Part shown: positions 45,198 through 55,802 of the stretch, one piece after another | Position numbering within the stretch: the stretch's first letter is position 1 | Layout of the letters: every line of letters begins with the position of its first letter | NCBI GenBank assembly: GCA_000165345.1 | Contig: CM000436.1 | Span: 1,056,001 to 1,120,000 of the forward strand | Length of the DNA: 64,000 bases | Direction of reading: 5' to 3' | Position numbers and translations under genes: made by a program | The notes under the pieces: model-generated | Seen by the model: only the letters and a program-made list of their open reading frames with translations | Told to the model about the DNA's origin: nothing | Database searches by the model: none

Positions 45198-46370
45198 ATG
45201 ATACCACAAGGAGGATTAAACAACTCAGGAGGCGGAATAATGGCTCCTTCCTCTGCATCTACAGCGCCACCATCATCTTCTTCCTCCTCATCTTCATCTT
45301 CTGCTCCTTCTATGCCATTACATTCTTCAAATTCAATGGCAGCTTCTGTGCCATCCTCTAATTCGGCATCATCATCTAATTCAGTACCATCCAATTCTCT
45401 TTCAGCTTCTATTAGTGGAAAGGTACAACAGAGAATTTCTCAAGGAGAACTTGGAATAGGTGGAGGGATCCCAAATCAAATTTCTGTTTCAGGAGATGTA
45501 GGAATTTTACCATCACCATCAGATAATAGTGGTGACTTGAAAGGGAATGAAAATATTATCCAAAAAGAAAGAGAGAAAGTTTATCAATATTTAGTTGATA
45601 TGACTTGCTCTTCAAAAAGAGAAATGGCATTATCAAAACTTTCAAAATATCGCGAAACATTCCCAGATTTGGCTCCGCTAATGTGGCATAGCTTTGGTTG
45701 TATTACTGCTCTTTTACAAGAAATCATTTCTATATATCCACTTTTATCTCCTCCTAATTTATCAAATCAAGCAAGCAACCGGACATGTAATTGTTTAGCC
45801 TTATTACAGTGTGTTGCAAGCCATTCGGAAACAAGAGCTCACTTTCTTGCAGCTCATATTCCACTATATCTTTATCCTTTTCTAAATACTGTGACTAAAT
45901 CACGTCCATTTGAGTATCTCCGTCTCACATCACTTGGTGTTATTGGCGCCCTTGTAAAGGTTGACGATCCTGAAGTTGTGAGCTTTCTTTTACAAACTGA
46001 GATCATTCCTCTATGTTTGAGAGTGATGGAAACTGGAAGCGAACTTAGCAAGACTGTCGCGACGTTCATCATACAAAAAATTCTGTTGGATGATCTTGGC
46101 CTTACTTATATTTGCGCTACTCCTGAAAGATTCTTTACTGTGTGCCAAGTTCTTGGTAATGTTATTACTCAGCATAATGAGGCTCCTTCCCCGAGACTAT
46201 TGAAGCATATTATTCGCTGTTATCTAAGATTATCAGAGAACTCCAAAGTTAGAGATGCTTTGAAACAAACCATCCCTTCTGTCATTCTTTCTCCCAGTTT
46301 TAAAATGATCTTTCATGATGACGGCGTTACTACTAAATGGTTACATCAACTATATGCAAATATTTGCTGA
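45198..46370 (+). CDS. CNOT9: CCR4-NOT complex subunit 9 (CNOT9/Rcd1/Caf40), 390 aa with an N-terminal Ser-rich extension
   Basis: Armadillo core '[27 protein letters not shown]...[24 protein letters not shown]...[35 protein letters not shown]...[17 protein letters not shown]' matches Rcd1 very well. Confidence 0.9.
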   Translation: MIPQGGLNNSGGGIMAPSSASTAPPSSSSSSSSSSAPSMPLHSSNSMAASVPSSNSASSSNSVPSNSLSASISGKVQQRISQGELGIGGGIPNQISVSGDVGILPSPSDNSGDLKGNENIIQKEREKVYQYLVDMTCSSKREMALSKLSKYRETFPDLAPLMWHSFGCITALLQEIISIYPLLSPPNLSNQASNRTCNCLALLQCVASHSETRAHFLAAHIPLYLYPFLNTVTKSRPFEYLRLTSLGVIGALVKVDDPEVVSFLLQTEIIPLCLRVMETGSELSKTVATFIIQKILLDDLGLTYICATPERFFTVCQVLGNVITQHNEAPSPRLLKHIIRCYLRLSENSKVRDALKQTIPSVILSPSFKMIFHDDGVTTKWLHQLYANIC

Positions 46371-46757
46371 TCAGCTGTTACAGGTTTATAGTTTAGAGAA
46401 TAAAATAAAATTATTTCTATTTGAGTCCCCTTTTTTTCAAAAGTCGTTATTAATGCTTTTTTTTTTCTTATAGCATTAACTCTCATTTTTTTTCCCACTA
46501 ATTTCTCTAATTTTCAAGTTACAATTTCTAATCTAATATGTTCTACTTTAATTTCATAATCTTGGTATTCTTCTTGTCCCCATATTTTGGTGGTAACTGC
46601 TCGCACTCCTTTCAAGTAATTTATTCAAGACTTATTCACACAATTAACACAAACAAAACTATTTTAGAAGAAAAAAACATGCACATGTACATACAGAAGA
46701 GAAATATATTTGCAATGTTAATTATCTAAAAATATCATTCATTTTTTTAAATCAACA

Positions 46758-46790
46758 TGGCGCCTTATTTGCCCGCCAAACAGCGGGAAC
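46758..46790. promoter_or_regulatory. E2F-like cluster ATGGCGCC...TTTGCCCGCCAAACAGCGGGAAC upstream of Sec24
   Basis: Direct reading of 46758-46790. Confidence 0.4.
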
Positions 46791-46949
46791 ATTGTTTGGT
46801 ATTTTTAGGGGGGAAGAACACAAAGAGAAAGATCAGAAAGAGTCAAAAGAAAAAAAATTCAAAAGTGAAGAATCCAGTAATTTATATCTACCACTAATTC
46901 ACTTATTGACTGGAAATCTCAAACTAATTGGTGTATACTCTTTATTTTA

Positions 46950-49636
46950 ATGTCGGGACATCCATTTGGAAATTCAGTTGGCGGGGGGGCAATGCAATAC
47001 TCACAACAGACTCAGATTCCCCAACAACGCCCAGGTACAGTAATGTCATCTCCTTTTCAAGGAGTGGCAGAGGCAGCACCAAAAACTAGTCCATTTGGAA
47101 TGCAGGGTCAATATCAGGCTCAAAGCCAAACTATAGGACAAAATCAAGGTTATTCACAAAGTGGAGGATATTATGGTTCAAGTAATGATAATACTATGCA
47201 AGGTCAGAATAGAGTTAGACCAGGTATGGTGATTCCAACAGGAATGGGACAACAAGTTCAAGGTCAAAACCAAACTCAAACTGGTTTTTATAATTCGAAT
47301 CCTATCTCAAAAGATATTGGAAATAATACAACAATAGGAGGACTATCAATGAGTGAAATACAACAACTTAATGCTCCATCATATTTTGTAAGACCATCCG
47401 TCTCAAAAGTCCCAAGTTCAGCAAGTCTTAAACAGAAAGCCCATATTCCTGTTGGACTTGTTTTTCAACCTTTAGCAAGTCCGCCTCCTGGATATCCTGA
47501 AGTACCAACAGTTTCTTTTGGGTCAAGTGGTGTATTAGTTAGATGTAAGCCTTGTAGAACTTATATTAATCCATTTGTTAGATGGGAAGCTGGTGGTCGT
47601 CGTTGGATATGCAATATGTGCGGCTATTCTAATGAAACCCTTTCATTTTATTATTGCGGATTGGATGATCAGGGACGCAGAACTGATCGATTTGAACGTC
47701 CTGAACTATCTGTTGGTAGTACTGAATTTATTGCATCTGGAGAATATATGGTAAGACCTCCACAACCTCCAGTATATTTTATAGTTTTGGATGTTTCAAT
47801 GCCATCAGTATCTTCAGGACTTGTTGAGACAGTTTGTTTAGCAGTAAAAAATGCTATATTATCTGATAATATTCCAGGTGGAGGTAGAGCTATGATTGGT
47901 ATTATTACATTTGATTCATCCATTCATTTTTATGATTTAAATAGTAATCTTTCACAACCACATATGTTTGTTGTATCTGATTTGAATGATTTATTCCTAC
48001 CACTTTCTGAAGGTGTTTTGGTTAATATAGCAGATTCTACTGAGGTAAGTTAAATAATTGATTGACTTTATCATATATTTAATTATTATTGTTATTGTTA
48101 TTGCAGCAAATTACGAATTTGTTAGATAACTTACCAAATTTATGGAGAAATAATAGAGTTTCGGAAAATTGTATGGGATCAGCAATTAAAGCTGCTTATA
48201 TGGCAATTAGACATATTGGTGGAAAAGTTCTTTTATTTTCATCAGGAGCACCAACAGTTGGAGATCAAACAATAAAACTTAATCGTGAGCAGATGAGAAA
48301 TTCTGGAAAAGAATCCAAAGATATTGATAGAGAAGTTGAATTATTAAAACCAGAAAATGATGGATATAGTAATTTTGTTCATGCACTTGTTAGAGCATAT
48401 ATTAGTGTTGATTTGTTTATGTGTACTTCTCAACCGTATGTAGATTTACCTACAATTTCTCCAATTGTCAAAAAAACGAGTGGTGATCTTACATATATTT
48501 TTGGATTTAATTCGTATCTTCACGGACAAAAACTTAGAGAAGATATATTTTCAACTTTAACTAGAAACTCAGCTTGGGAGGCTTGTATTAGATTCAGAGT
48601 TAGTCGTGGTTGGAAGATATCAAATTGGTATGGTAATTTCTACTTTAGTGGGGTTGATCTTCTTCTTGCTCCAAATTGTCATAGAGACCAAGCTTTTAGT
48701 ATTGTTATAGATATGGATGAAAATGTAACAGTAGCACCTGATCCATTTGTTTATATTCAAGCAGCTCTTTTACATACAAATAGTGATGGTGAAAGACGTA
48801 TTAGAGTTCACACAATGGCTTTACCAGTAACTCAAAATTATGTTGATTTAGTATCAAGCATGGATGTTCAAGCAACAGTTTCAATAATTTGCCAAAATGC
48901 AATGGAACTAAGCCTTAAAAGCAAGTTATTAGATGGACGAAATTATCTTCAGACTATATGTTCCCAAATCATTTTACCTCAATCCAATCAAATAATTGAA
49001 GCTGCAAAGCAACTTCCACTCTATATTCTTGGTGTACTCAAATGTCCAGCTTTTAGAGATTATAAGGAAGTTTCTCAATCAGATACTAGAATTTATCATT
49101 GGATACGCTTATCTAGTTTGAGATTAGAATCTCAAATGATACTATTTTATCCAAGAATGTTTTGTCTTTCTTCATGGAATCTTCAACAACAAGAAACTGA
49201 TCAATCATTAGTGCTTCCTCCTGCCTTAAATTTAACAGCAGAAAAAATGACACAGGCAGATGCATATCTCTTAGAAGATGGTGAATCCATGTATTTATGG
49301 CTTGGAAGAGCGATTCCAACAACCTTTATTCAACAGGTGTTTGGCGTTGCAACTCTTGATCAGCTACATCCAGATTATGCTGAAACTGTTATTGGATCAA
49401 CTGGTGAAAAGCTTGGAGTCAAAGTTGCTATTTTAATCAATAATATTCGTGAACAAAGAAAACCGCCATTTATGAAGCTTTATACAATCAGACAAGGCGA
49501 TCCTTTGGAAAATAAGTTCTTCCTATCACTGATTGAAGATAAGACACAAGGCTTTATGCTTTCTTACAACGATTTCTTGAATAAGATTCTTCCAAGATCA
49601 AATCCAAACATGTTGCAGAGATATCCTGGTAATTAG
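46950..49636 (+). CDS. SEC24: COPII coat protein Sec24 (about 874 aa); 2 exons: 46950-48044 and 48107-49636
   Basis: Q/G/P-rich N-terminus, Sec23/24 zinc finger 'CKPCRTYINPFVRWEAGGRRWICNMCGYSN', and trunk and helical domains. Track ORFs 46950-48053 and 48089-49636 join in frame through a GTAAGT donor at 48045 and a TTGCAG acceptor at 48106. The second track ORF starts at a non-ATG (TTG) codon. Confidence 0.9.
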
Positions 49637-50048
49637 CATTGGTTATTTTTTTTTTTTTTGTTATAGGTATTATATTGGTATTTGAGTTACGTTGCATTTA
49701 TCTTACTTTCTTATTAACTCTTAATATTATTATTTTTTTTTTTTTTTAATAGCCCTTTTCATAACTTTAGTTGGTATCAATTTTGGCTCTAATTAGTGGC
49801 ATGCATTTTGCTTGCACACATTTCTTGTATTTGATTCAAAAGAAAGAGGGATATAGTTTTTTTCTTTTAACTTAAGTTTCATTCTTTATATTCTTCTAAC
49901 AATTATTAATTAATTTAATTCATGTATTTCAATTAATGAATTTTGTTTAGATATAAATAGTATCTTGCATTATTAATATTTTTTAAATAAATAACTAATT
50001 TTTTCTTTAAGTTGAATTACATTAAAAAAACACGTAAGAATCAAAAAA

Positions 50049-50086
50049 TTTCCCGCCCATTCGTGTAAAATTTGACTTGCATGCAT
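50049..50086. promoter_or_regulatory. TTTCCCGCCC (E2F-like) plus TTGCATGCATAC upstream of gene 50380
   Basis: Direct reading. Confidence 0.35.
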
Positions 50087-50379
50087 ACATTTAGATGAGG
50101 GGAGTAAAAATAAGTGCAAGAAAAAAGTGTGTTATAAAGTTCAAAGTGAAACATTAAAATTTTTTAAATAATTGAATTCGATTCTTTTTTTGTGAAAATA
50201 TTGTTTTTTCTAATATTATTATTATTATTACCACTATTAACGAGAAGATAATACAAATATATATTTAAAAAATTAAAAAAAAAAAAAAAAAAGTAAAGCA
50301 TTCTATTTATTCTAAGAATGGAAAAGTAATTTTAAAAAAAAAATCAATATATAAGTTAAGTGACAATTAATGTAACAAA

Positions 50380-52020
50380 ATGGATTTAATGGAATTAGCT
50401 TTAAAACATGGGATTAAAGGAACTCCTAATGGTCCTTTTTTATATCCACTAAGTGTAAGAGGTAGAAAACCATTTTCCTTATTAACAGATGATGAATCTT
50501 CTGATGATTCTGATCAATCTTCATCCAACGAGGAGGACTTGGGAATGGGAGCAAAAGTTAAATGTATATATGACAATGACTTATATAAGAAACAAGATTC
50601 AGTAATAGAAGAAGAAAATGTAGTCGAACAAAAAAAAAGAATACAAAAAACAATGTATGAATATAAAAGTAGGAGAGAAGGAAAAGAAGTGGAGTATATA
50701 TCTAGAGAAGATGCTTTTGAAATACAATATGCAAAAGATTTTGAATTTTTTTTTGGAGTTCCTTATCGTCCTTATATACGTTTATCACGTTATAGATTTG
50801 GTAAAAATATGAAATATCCACGAGATTTAAAACAAGAAGAAGCTGTTTATAAGAAATATCCACGTTATTTTTTTAATGACCCTTGGCCAGAAATAGATGT
50901 CTCAAAACCTATACCATATGTAAAACAAAAACAACCACCAAAGTTAGTAAATGAAAGAGGAGTTCCAATAGCTTGGTTAGATATTATTGAAAAGAGTAAA
51001 AGATTTAATGTAAGAAGAGGTAATAAATCAGCACATAACTTAGAATCTCAAAGTAAGAAAGAACCGCCTCGTACTCTTGGTGATGCTGTTGTTGCATGGG
51101 AAGTATCTTCCACATTATTGAATGGAGATCTTCCAAGTATTATTGGTGAAGATAAGAGAAGTAGAAAACAAAAAAGATTCTCATTTGTTAGAGATAATAT
51201 TCGTGGTGTTGCAGAAGAAATTGAATCATGGACAAAATGTCCAGTAGTGCAAACAGAAATTAATAAATATCTTGAAAGTTCTTGGAAGAACATTGAAAAA
51301 CAACTTTCTAACAAACCTATTGAAGAACAAAACGATAAAAAATTAAGCAGATCAAGTTCAAACAAAAATATTAATGAAGCTGAAAGTTCAACAAAAACAC
51401 CTTCTGAGTCTAATAAAAATTCCAAGTCTGAACCTACTAGTAAAAGCAGTAATATTTCTAAAAGTAAATCCGTACCTTCTGCTAAAGAAGAGCCTAAATC
51501 TGAAACTAAATTGGAAGGAAAAGAATCATCACCTCCTCCTCCAAAAGATCCTCCTGCATCAAAAGGCCCACCGCCACCAAAAGGTTCTCCAGCTCCAAAG
51601 GGTCCTCCAGCTCCAAAGGGTCCACCTTCCCCTGCATCAAAAGGTCCGCCACCACCAAAGGGCCCTCCAGCTCCAAAGGGTCCTCCAGGCCCACCTTCTG
51701 AATCTGAAGGATCTCCTGCGTCAAAAGGTCCACCACCATCAAAAGGCCCTCCAGCTCCAAAGGGTCCTCCAGGTCCATCTTCTGAATCTGAAGGATCACC
51801 TGCGACAAAAGGTCCTCCAGCTCCAAAGGGTCCTCCAGGCCCACCTGAATCTGAAGGATCCCCTGCATCAAAAGGTCCTCCAGCTCCAAAGGGTCCACCT
51901 TCCCCTGCATCAAAAGGGCCTCCACCACCAAAAGGTCCGCCTCCCCCCTCATCAAAGGGACCTCCTACAGGAAAAGGGCCATCACTTCCAAAAAAGGCGC
52001 CTCCTCCAAAGAAAGGTTGA
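50380..52020 (+). CDS. Hypothetical protein with a C-terminal proline-rich tandem repeat region (KGPPAP/KGPPPP units), 546 aa
   Basis: The globular N-terminal 330 aa is not recognised. The C-terminal about 160 aa are degenerate repeats 'PPAPKGPPSPASKGPPPPKGPPAPKGPPGPPSESEGSPASKGPP...'. Track ORFs on the opposite strand and in shifted frames (51048-52025, 51374-52036, 51506-51955) are repeat artifacts. Confidence 0.5.
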   Translation: MDLMELALKHGIKGTPNGPFLYPLSVRGRKPFSLLTDDESSDDSDQSSSNEEDLGMGAKVKCIYDNDLYKKQDSVIEEENVVEQKKRIQKTMYEYKSRREGKEVEYISREDAFEIQYAKDFEFFFGVPYRPYIRLSRYRFGKNMKYPRDLKQEEAVYKKYPRYFFNDPWPEIDVSKPIPYVKQKQPPKLVNERGVPIAWLDIIEKSKRFNVRRGNKSAHNLESQSKKEPPRTLGDAVVAWEVSSTLLNGDLPSIIGEDKRSRKQKRFSFVRDNIRGVAEEIESWTKCPVVQTEINKYLESSWKNIEKQLSNKPIEEQNDKKLSRSSSNKNINEAESSTKTPSESNKNSKSEPTSKSSNISKSKSVPSAKEEPKSETKLEGKESSPPPPKDPPASKGPPPPKGSPAPKGPPAPKGPPSPASKGPPPPKGPPAPKGPPGPPSESEGSPASKGPPPSKGPPAPKGPPGPSSESEGSPATKGPPAPKGPPGPPESEGSPASKGPPAPKGPPSPASKGPPPPKGPPPPSSKGPPTGKGPSLPKKAPPPKKG

Positions 52021-52379
52021 TTCAATAAATAAGTAAATGCAAAAGTACTAATAATTCATTTAAAAGAAATAATCAAGTTATATTTAAATTTAAGTTTGTT
52101 AATTTTTTTTCAAACAATTTTATTAATTTTTTTTGAAAATCATTCCAAATTTAAACTAAATAAATAAAACTAATTTTTGTTGAAAGGAGAATAAAAAAGA
52201 ACAATTTAAGAAGATATAAACTAATTAATTTAAAACTCCTGTTTCACTCTTATTAAAAATCACTATGTTTTAATTAATTTTTTTTTAATGTTATTTAATT
52301 TACTATCTTGTTTTTTCTATATTCCTATTTAATTAACTCAATTTAGGAAATTCATGTAAAATTAAATCATGGAAATTGT

Positions 52380-52393
52380 GGCGCCGGCGCCAG
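52380..52393. promoter_or_regulatory. Perfect 14-bp palindrome TGGCGCCGGCGCCA (two abutting GGCGCC half-sites) upstream of gene 52705
   Basis: Direct reading. It is GC-only in a region that is more than 75% AT. Confidence 0.4.
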
Positions 52394-52704
52394 GCATGTA
52401 ATATTTGGGGTCCAGTCCTGACAGTAATAATGTGAGATCATACAAAAAATCAACAAAAAATTAAAATAGAAATTTGATTTTCAAGATAAAAAAGGAAATC
52501 AAATAGTTAATTAAGGAATTTTGTATTTTTTCAAAGTTTTAGAGTATTAGTCAATAGAATTTTAAAGATTTAGAAGGTAAAAAGGTAATTATAAATAATT
52601 AACTTACCAATCAATTTATAAAGATATTTTTCTAACTTCAAAAAAAAAAAAAAAGTTATTTAGAAAATAACTTTATTTATTTAAATATATGAAGAACTTT
52701 TATA

Positions 52705-55116
52705 ATGGATTATTTAAGTGGCTATTACAATGATGATGTAACTGGATCAACTTTTCATAGAGACCCAGATTTAAGATGTTGTAGTTATTTAGCTTATCCA
52801 GAATCTGATGAATCAGTATATGGAGATTCTGAAATACAACTTAAACTTTGTATTATGGAATTATATGATTTTCTTTATAATAGGAATGATTCAATAATAA
52901 AAGAAAATCAAGATTTTCAACATTCTGAATTACTTAAAATTATTACTGAAATTTCTAGTATTATATCAGTATGTATAGAAACCAAAGTAGATATTAAAGA
53001 TTCTATTGATGTTCAAAATAGCCAAGTACAAAGATTAACTGAACAAAAAAGAAATATTGAAAGGATTGGTGAAACTGTTGGAAATAATAAGATGTTAATA
53101 GATATTGTTGATAAAATCTCATCTTCTATTCAAAATAAATTGTTCTGTTTATCAAAGATTGTAAATACAGTTCAACAGTTTTCTTTAAAACAAGAAGAAT
53201 TCTATGATAATGAATATGGTTTAACTCCTTTAAAAATTAAATATCCTTATTTAACTGGAACATATACACAGTTAAATTATAATAATATACCAAATAGTCC
53301 ACAAACTACTTATCAATATCAAGAAAGTAAAATCAATATAAATAAAGAAACAGTTGATAATATTGGGATAAATTCAACAAATATTAAAGAATATGTTGTT
53401 AATAATGATCAATTTAATCAACATGAATATAAAAAAGGCTATCAAATACTTCAAGAAGCTGAAAGGAATGCAATGATTAAATTAAGAAATAGAAAGAATG
53501 CTAATTTACAAGCTGCTATTAAAGACACATCTAAGGAAGAAGAATACCATATAGTTAAGGATGAACATTTATATACTAAAAATCAACAAGATTATAATCA
53601 ACTTATAAATATTACAAATTCCAATCATCAAGAAGAAAAAATTGGTATTTATGATAAATTCTCTGGAGGAACAACAAGATTAATTATAAATAATAATAGA
53701 ATACAAAAATCAAATGGTAAAGATTCACTACTTTGTATTGATGGTTGGGGATTAATAGAACATCATAAGGAAGATACTCCAATAAGCCCCAAATATAATT
53801 GTAATAATTTAGAGTCTGAAGATGAATCTAGTTTAGATCTTGATAAAGATAATAAATTATTAATTAATAGAAAATATAAATTAAATATAAACAATAATAA
53901 AGAAGAATCTGATTTAAGTGATTATGGTAGTGGTAATACTAATACAACAGAAACAAATTATTCAAGAATTAATAAAACCAAAGAAAAATATATAAATAAA
54001 GGAGATAGTTCTTGTGAAGAAGATGATAATAATAATAATAATAATAGTACCCAAAATGTCAGAAAACTTCGAAATAAATTTGAGAAAGATTTGAAAAGTC
54101 ATATTCATTGGGAAATTGAAAGAGAAGAGGATAATATGAAATTACATGAAGAATTTGAAGAATGGGAAATTAAAGAAGATAATGAAAAAAAAACAATAAG
54201 AAATAATAAAAACAATAATAATATTATTAATAATAAAAAAAATGGAGATAAAATGATTTGTACAGAATCTAATAGAAGAAATAAATTAAAACTTGAATAT
54301 TCTGGATCTACTATGCCTAGTCAATATACAAATACTAATAATAGAAAACTTTCAAATTATAGAGATACCATGTACTCAACTAGTAGTTGGCTACCTTTAT
54401 CAAGGAATACAGGTTTCAATTACAACTGTTTATATTCAAATTCTGATAAGAATTCAAATAAACAATCAGGTTCAGAATATAATCCAGCAGCAGAATATGC
54501 TCGATTTTCAGATGCTGTAGGAAAAGTAATTAATCCTATAGTAGCTGATGAGTCATATAGAGATAATGGTAAGAATATAATGAATCCAAAAAAATTATTC
54601 AATGTAAAATTTGGTACTTTAACAGAAGATACATTTAAAGAGATTCAAGAAAAATTAAGACTTAAAATGGAAGGATGGACAATACATGGATCAGGATTAC
54701 AAGATCCCAGAGCAAATTTATTCTGGGATCCAGCTGTAATGGCTGCTGCATCTTCAGTATCACCATTCTATACAAATATGCCATCTTCAAATTCTCCTTT
54801 ATTAACAAATACACTAATTCCTGCAAATAATGGAATACCTAAAAGATCAGGATTTTTAGAATCAATTGGTCCATCCAGATTTTCTTTACATAAAAGTCTT
54901 AATAGGGGAGAGGATAAGCCTGATTTTATCTTAAGATCATCCGATTTACAATCGTCTGGCTCAACTTCTCCTAAAAATTCTCTTTCACATTCACGATCTT
55001 CATCTCCAAAAACCCCACAGACCAATACTAATATTAATAGTACATTTTCATCAAACTCTAAATCAATTCCCATAAAAAGTATGAGAGAACTTTCTAGAAG
55101 AAGAAGAAATAACTAA
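52705..55116 (+). CDS. Hypothetical N/S/K-rich low-complexity protein, 803 aa
   Basis: Long ORF with a structured-looking N-terminal 150 aa and a highly low-complexity remainder. No domain recognised. Internal small ORFs (54293-54520, 54420-54602, 54768-55073) are rejected. Confidence 0.45.
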   Translation: MDYLSGYYNDDVTGSTFHRDPDLRCCSYLAYPESDESVYGDSEIQLKLCIMELYDFLYNRNDSIIKENQDFQHSELLKIITEISSIISVCIETKVDIKDSIDVQNSQVQRLTEQKRNIERIGETVGNNKMLIDIVDKISSSIQNKLFCLSKIVNTVQQFSLKQEEFYDNEYGLTPLKIKYPYLTGTYTQLNYNNIPNSPQTTYQYQESKININKETVDNIGINSTNIKEYVVNNDQFNQHEYKKGYQILQEAERNAMIKLRNRKNANLQAAIKDTSKEEEYHIVKDEHLYTKNQQDYNQLINITNSNHQEEKIGIYDKFSGGTTRLIINNNRIQKSNGKDSLLCIDGWGLIEHHKEDTPISPKYNCNNLESEDESSLDLDKDNKLLINRKYKLNINNNKEESDLSDYGSGNTNTTETNYSRINKTKEKYINKGDSSCEEDDNNNNNNSTQNVRKLRNKFEKDLKSHIHWEIEREEDNMKLHEEFEEWEIKEDNEKKTIRNNKNNNNIINNKKNGDKMICTESNRRNKLKLEYSGSTMPSQYTNTNNRKLSNYRDTMYSTSSWLPLSRNTGFNYNCLYSNSDKNSNKQSGSEYNPAAEYARFSDAVGKVINPIVADESYRDNGKNIMNPKKLFNVKFGTLTEDTFKEIQEKLRLKMEGWTIHGSGLQDPRANLFWDPAVMAAASSVSPFYTNMPSSNSPLLTNTLIPANNGIPKRSGFLESIGPSRFSLHKSLNRGEDKPDFILRSSDLQSSGSTSPKNSLSHSRSSSPKTPQTNTNINSTFSSNSKSIPIKSMRELSRRRRNN

Positions 55117-55305
55117 TTAATTAACTTATTATTTCTCATTATTTAATTATTCGAGTATCTACTTACTTAAAAATACAAAAAGTTTCAAGATAAAAAAGCC
55201 AATTTCTAATTATAAAGCTAGAAATAAATACTAAATAATAATTCCTTATTTATTTATTTATTTTTAACAGGTATTATATTTATCATTATTAATATTATTA
55301 TTTTT

Positions 55306-55356
55306 GCATGCACATTATCAAATATTTGAACTGGCGCCACTCTTTGGCGCCAACCG
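55306..55356. promoter_or_regulatory. TTGCATGCAC followed by CTGGCGCCAC and TTTGGCGCCAACC upstream of PI4K
   Basis: Direct reading. Confidence 0.4.
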
Positions 55357-55802
55357 TGAATAATTTACTAAAATTATATGGAGGTTATTTAAGTAGAAAA
55401 TAAAGAGATAAACAACTTAGGGACTTTATTTACTTTTCTTTTCTTTTTTTTTTAATAAATATAATTATATATTTTTAAAGTGTCATAAAGTAAGGAAAAG
55501 TATTTGAGGGAGAAGAAAATTGGTTCAGAGTTTAAGTTAAGAAGTTTAAATTCCTCTAATAGAATAATTGAAGGTATTTAAAGATTGGTAGCTTTTGATT
55601 AATTTTGTAATTTAACAGATCTATAAGTAATTTCAATAAATAATTGAGATATAATAACACTTAAAAATTAAAAAGTAATTTTAATAACAATTTTTTTTTT
55701 TAATTTGAATTTTAAATTAATTAATTGGACTTTTTTTTTTAAAAAACAATTCTTCTTCTGAATGAGAGCTTTACTAACGAATAATTATATATTATAAACA
55801 AA

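Noticed and set aside
51048-52036. ORFs 51048-52025(-), 51374-52036(+) and 51506-51955(-) overlapping the 50380-52020 gene
   Set aside because: They are alternative-frame and antisense readings of the proline-rich tandem repeat. Their repetitive G/P/F or L/Q/K composition mirrors the repeat, and the sense frame is contiguous with a non-repetitive N-terminal domain.
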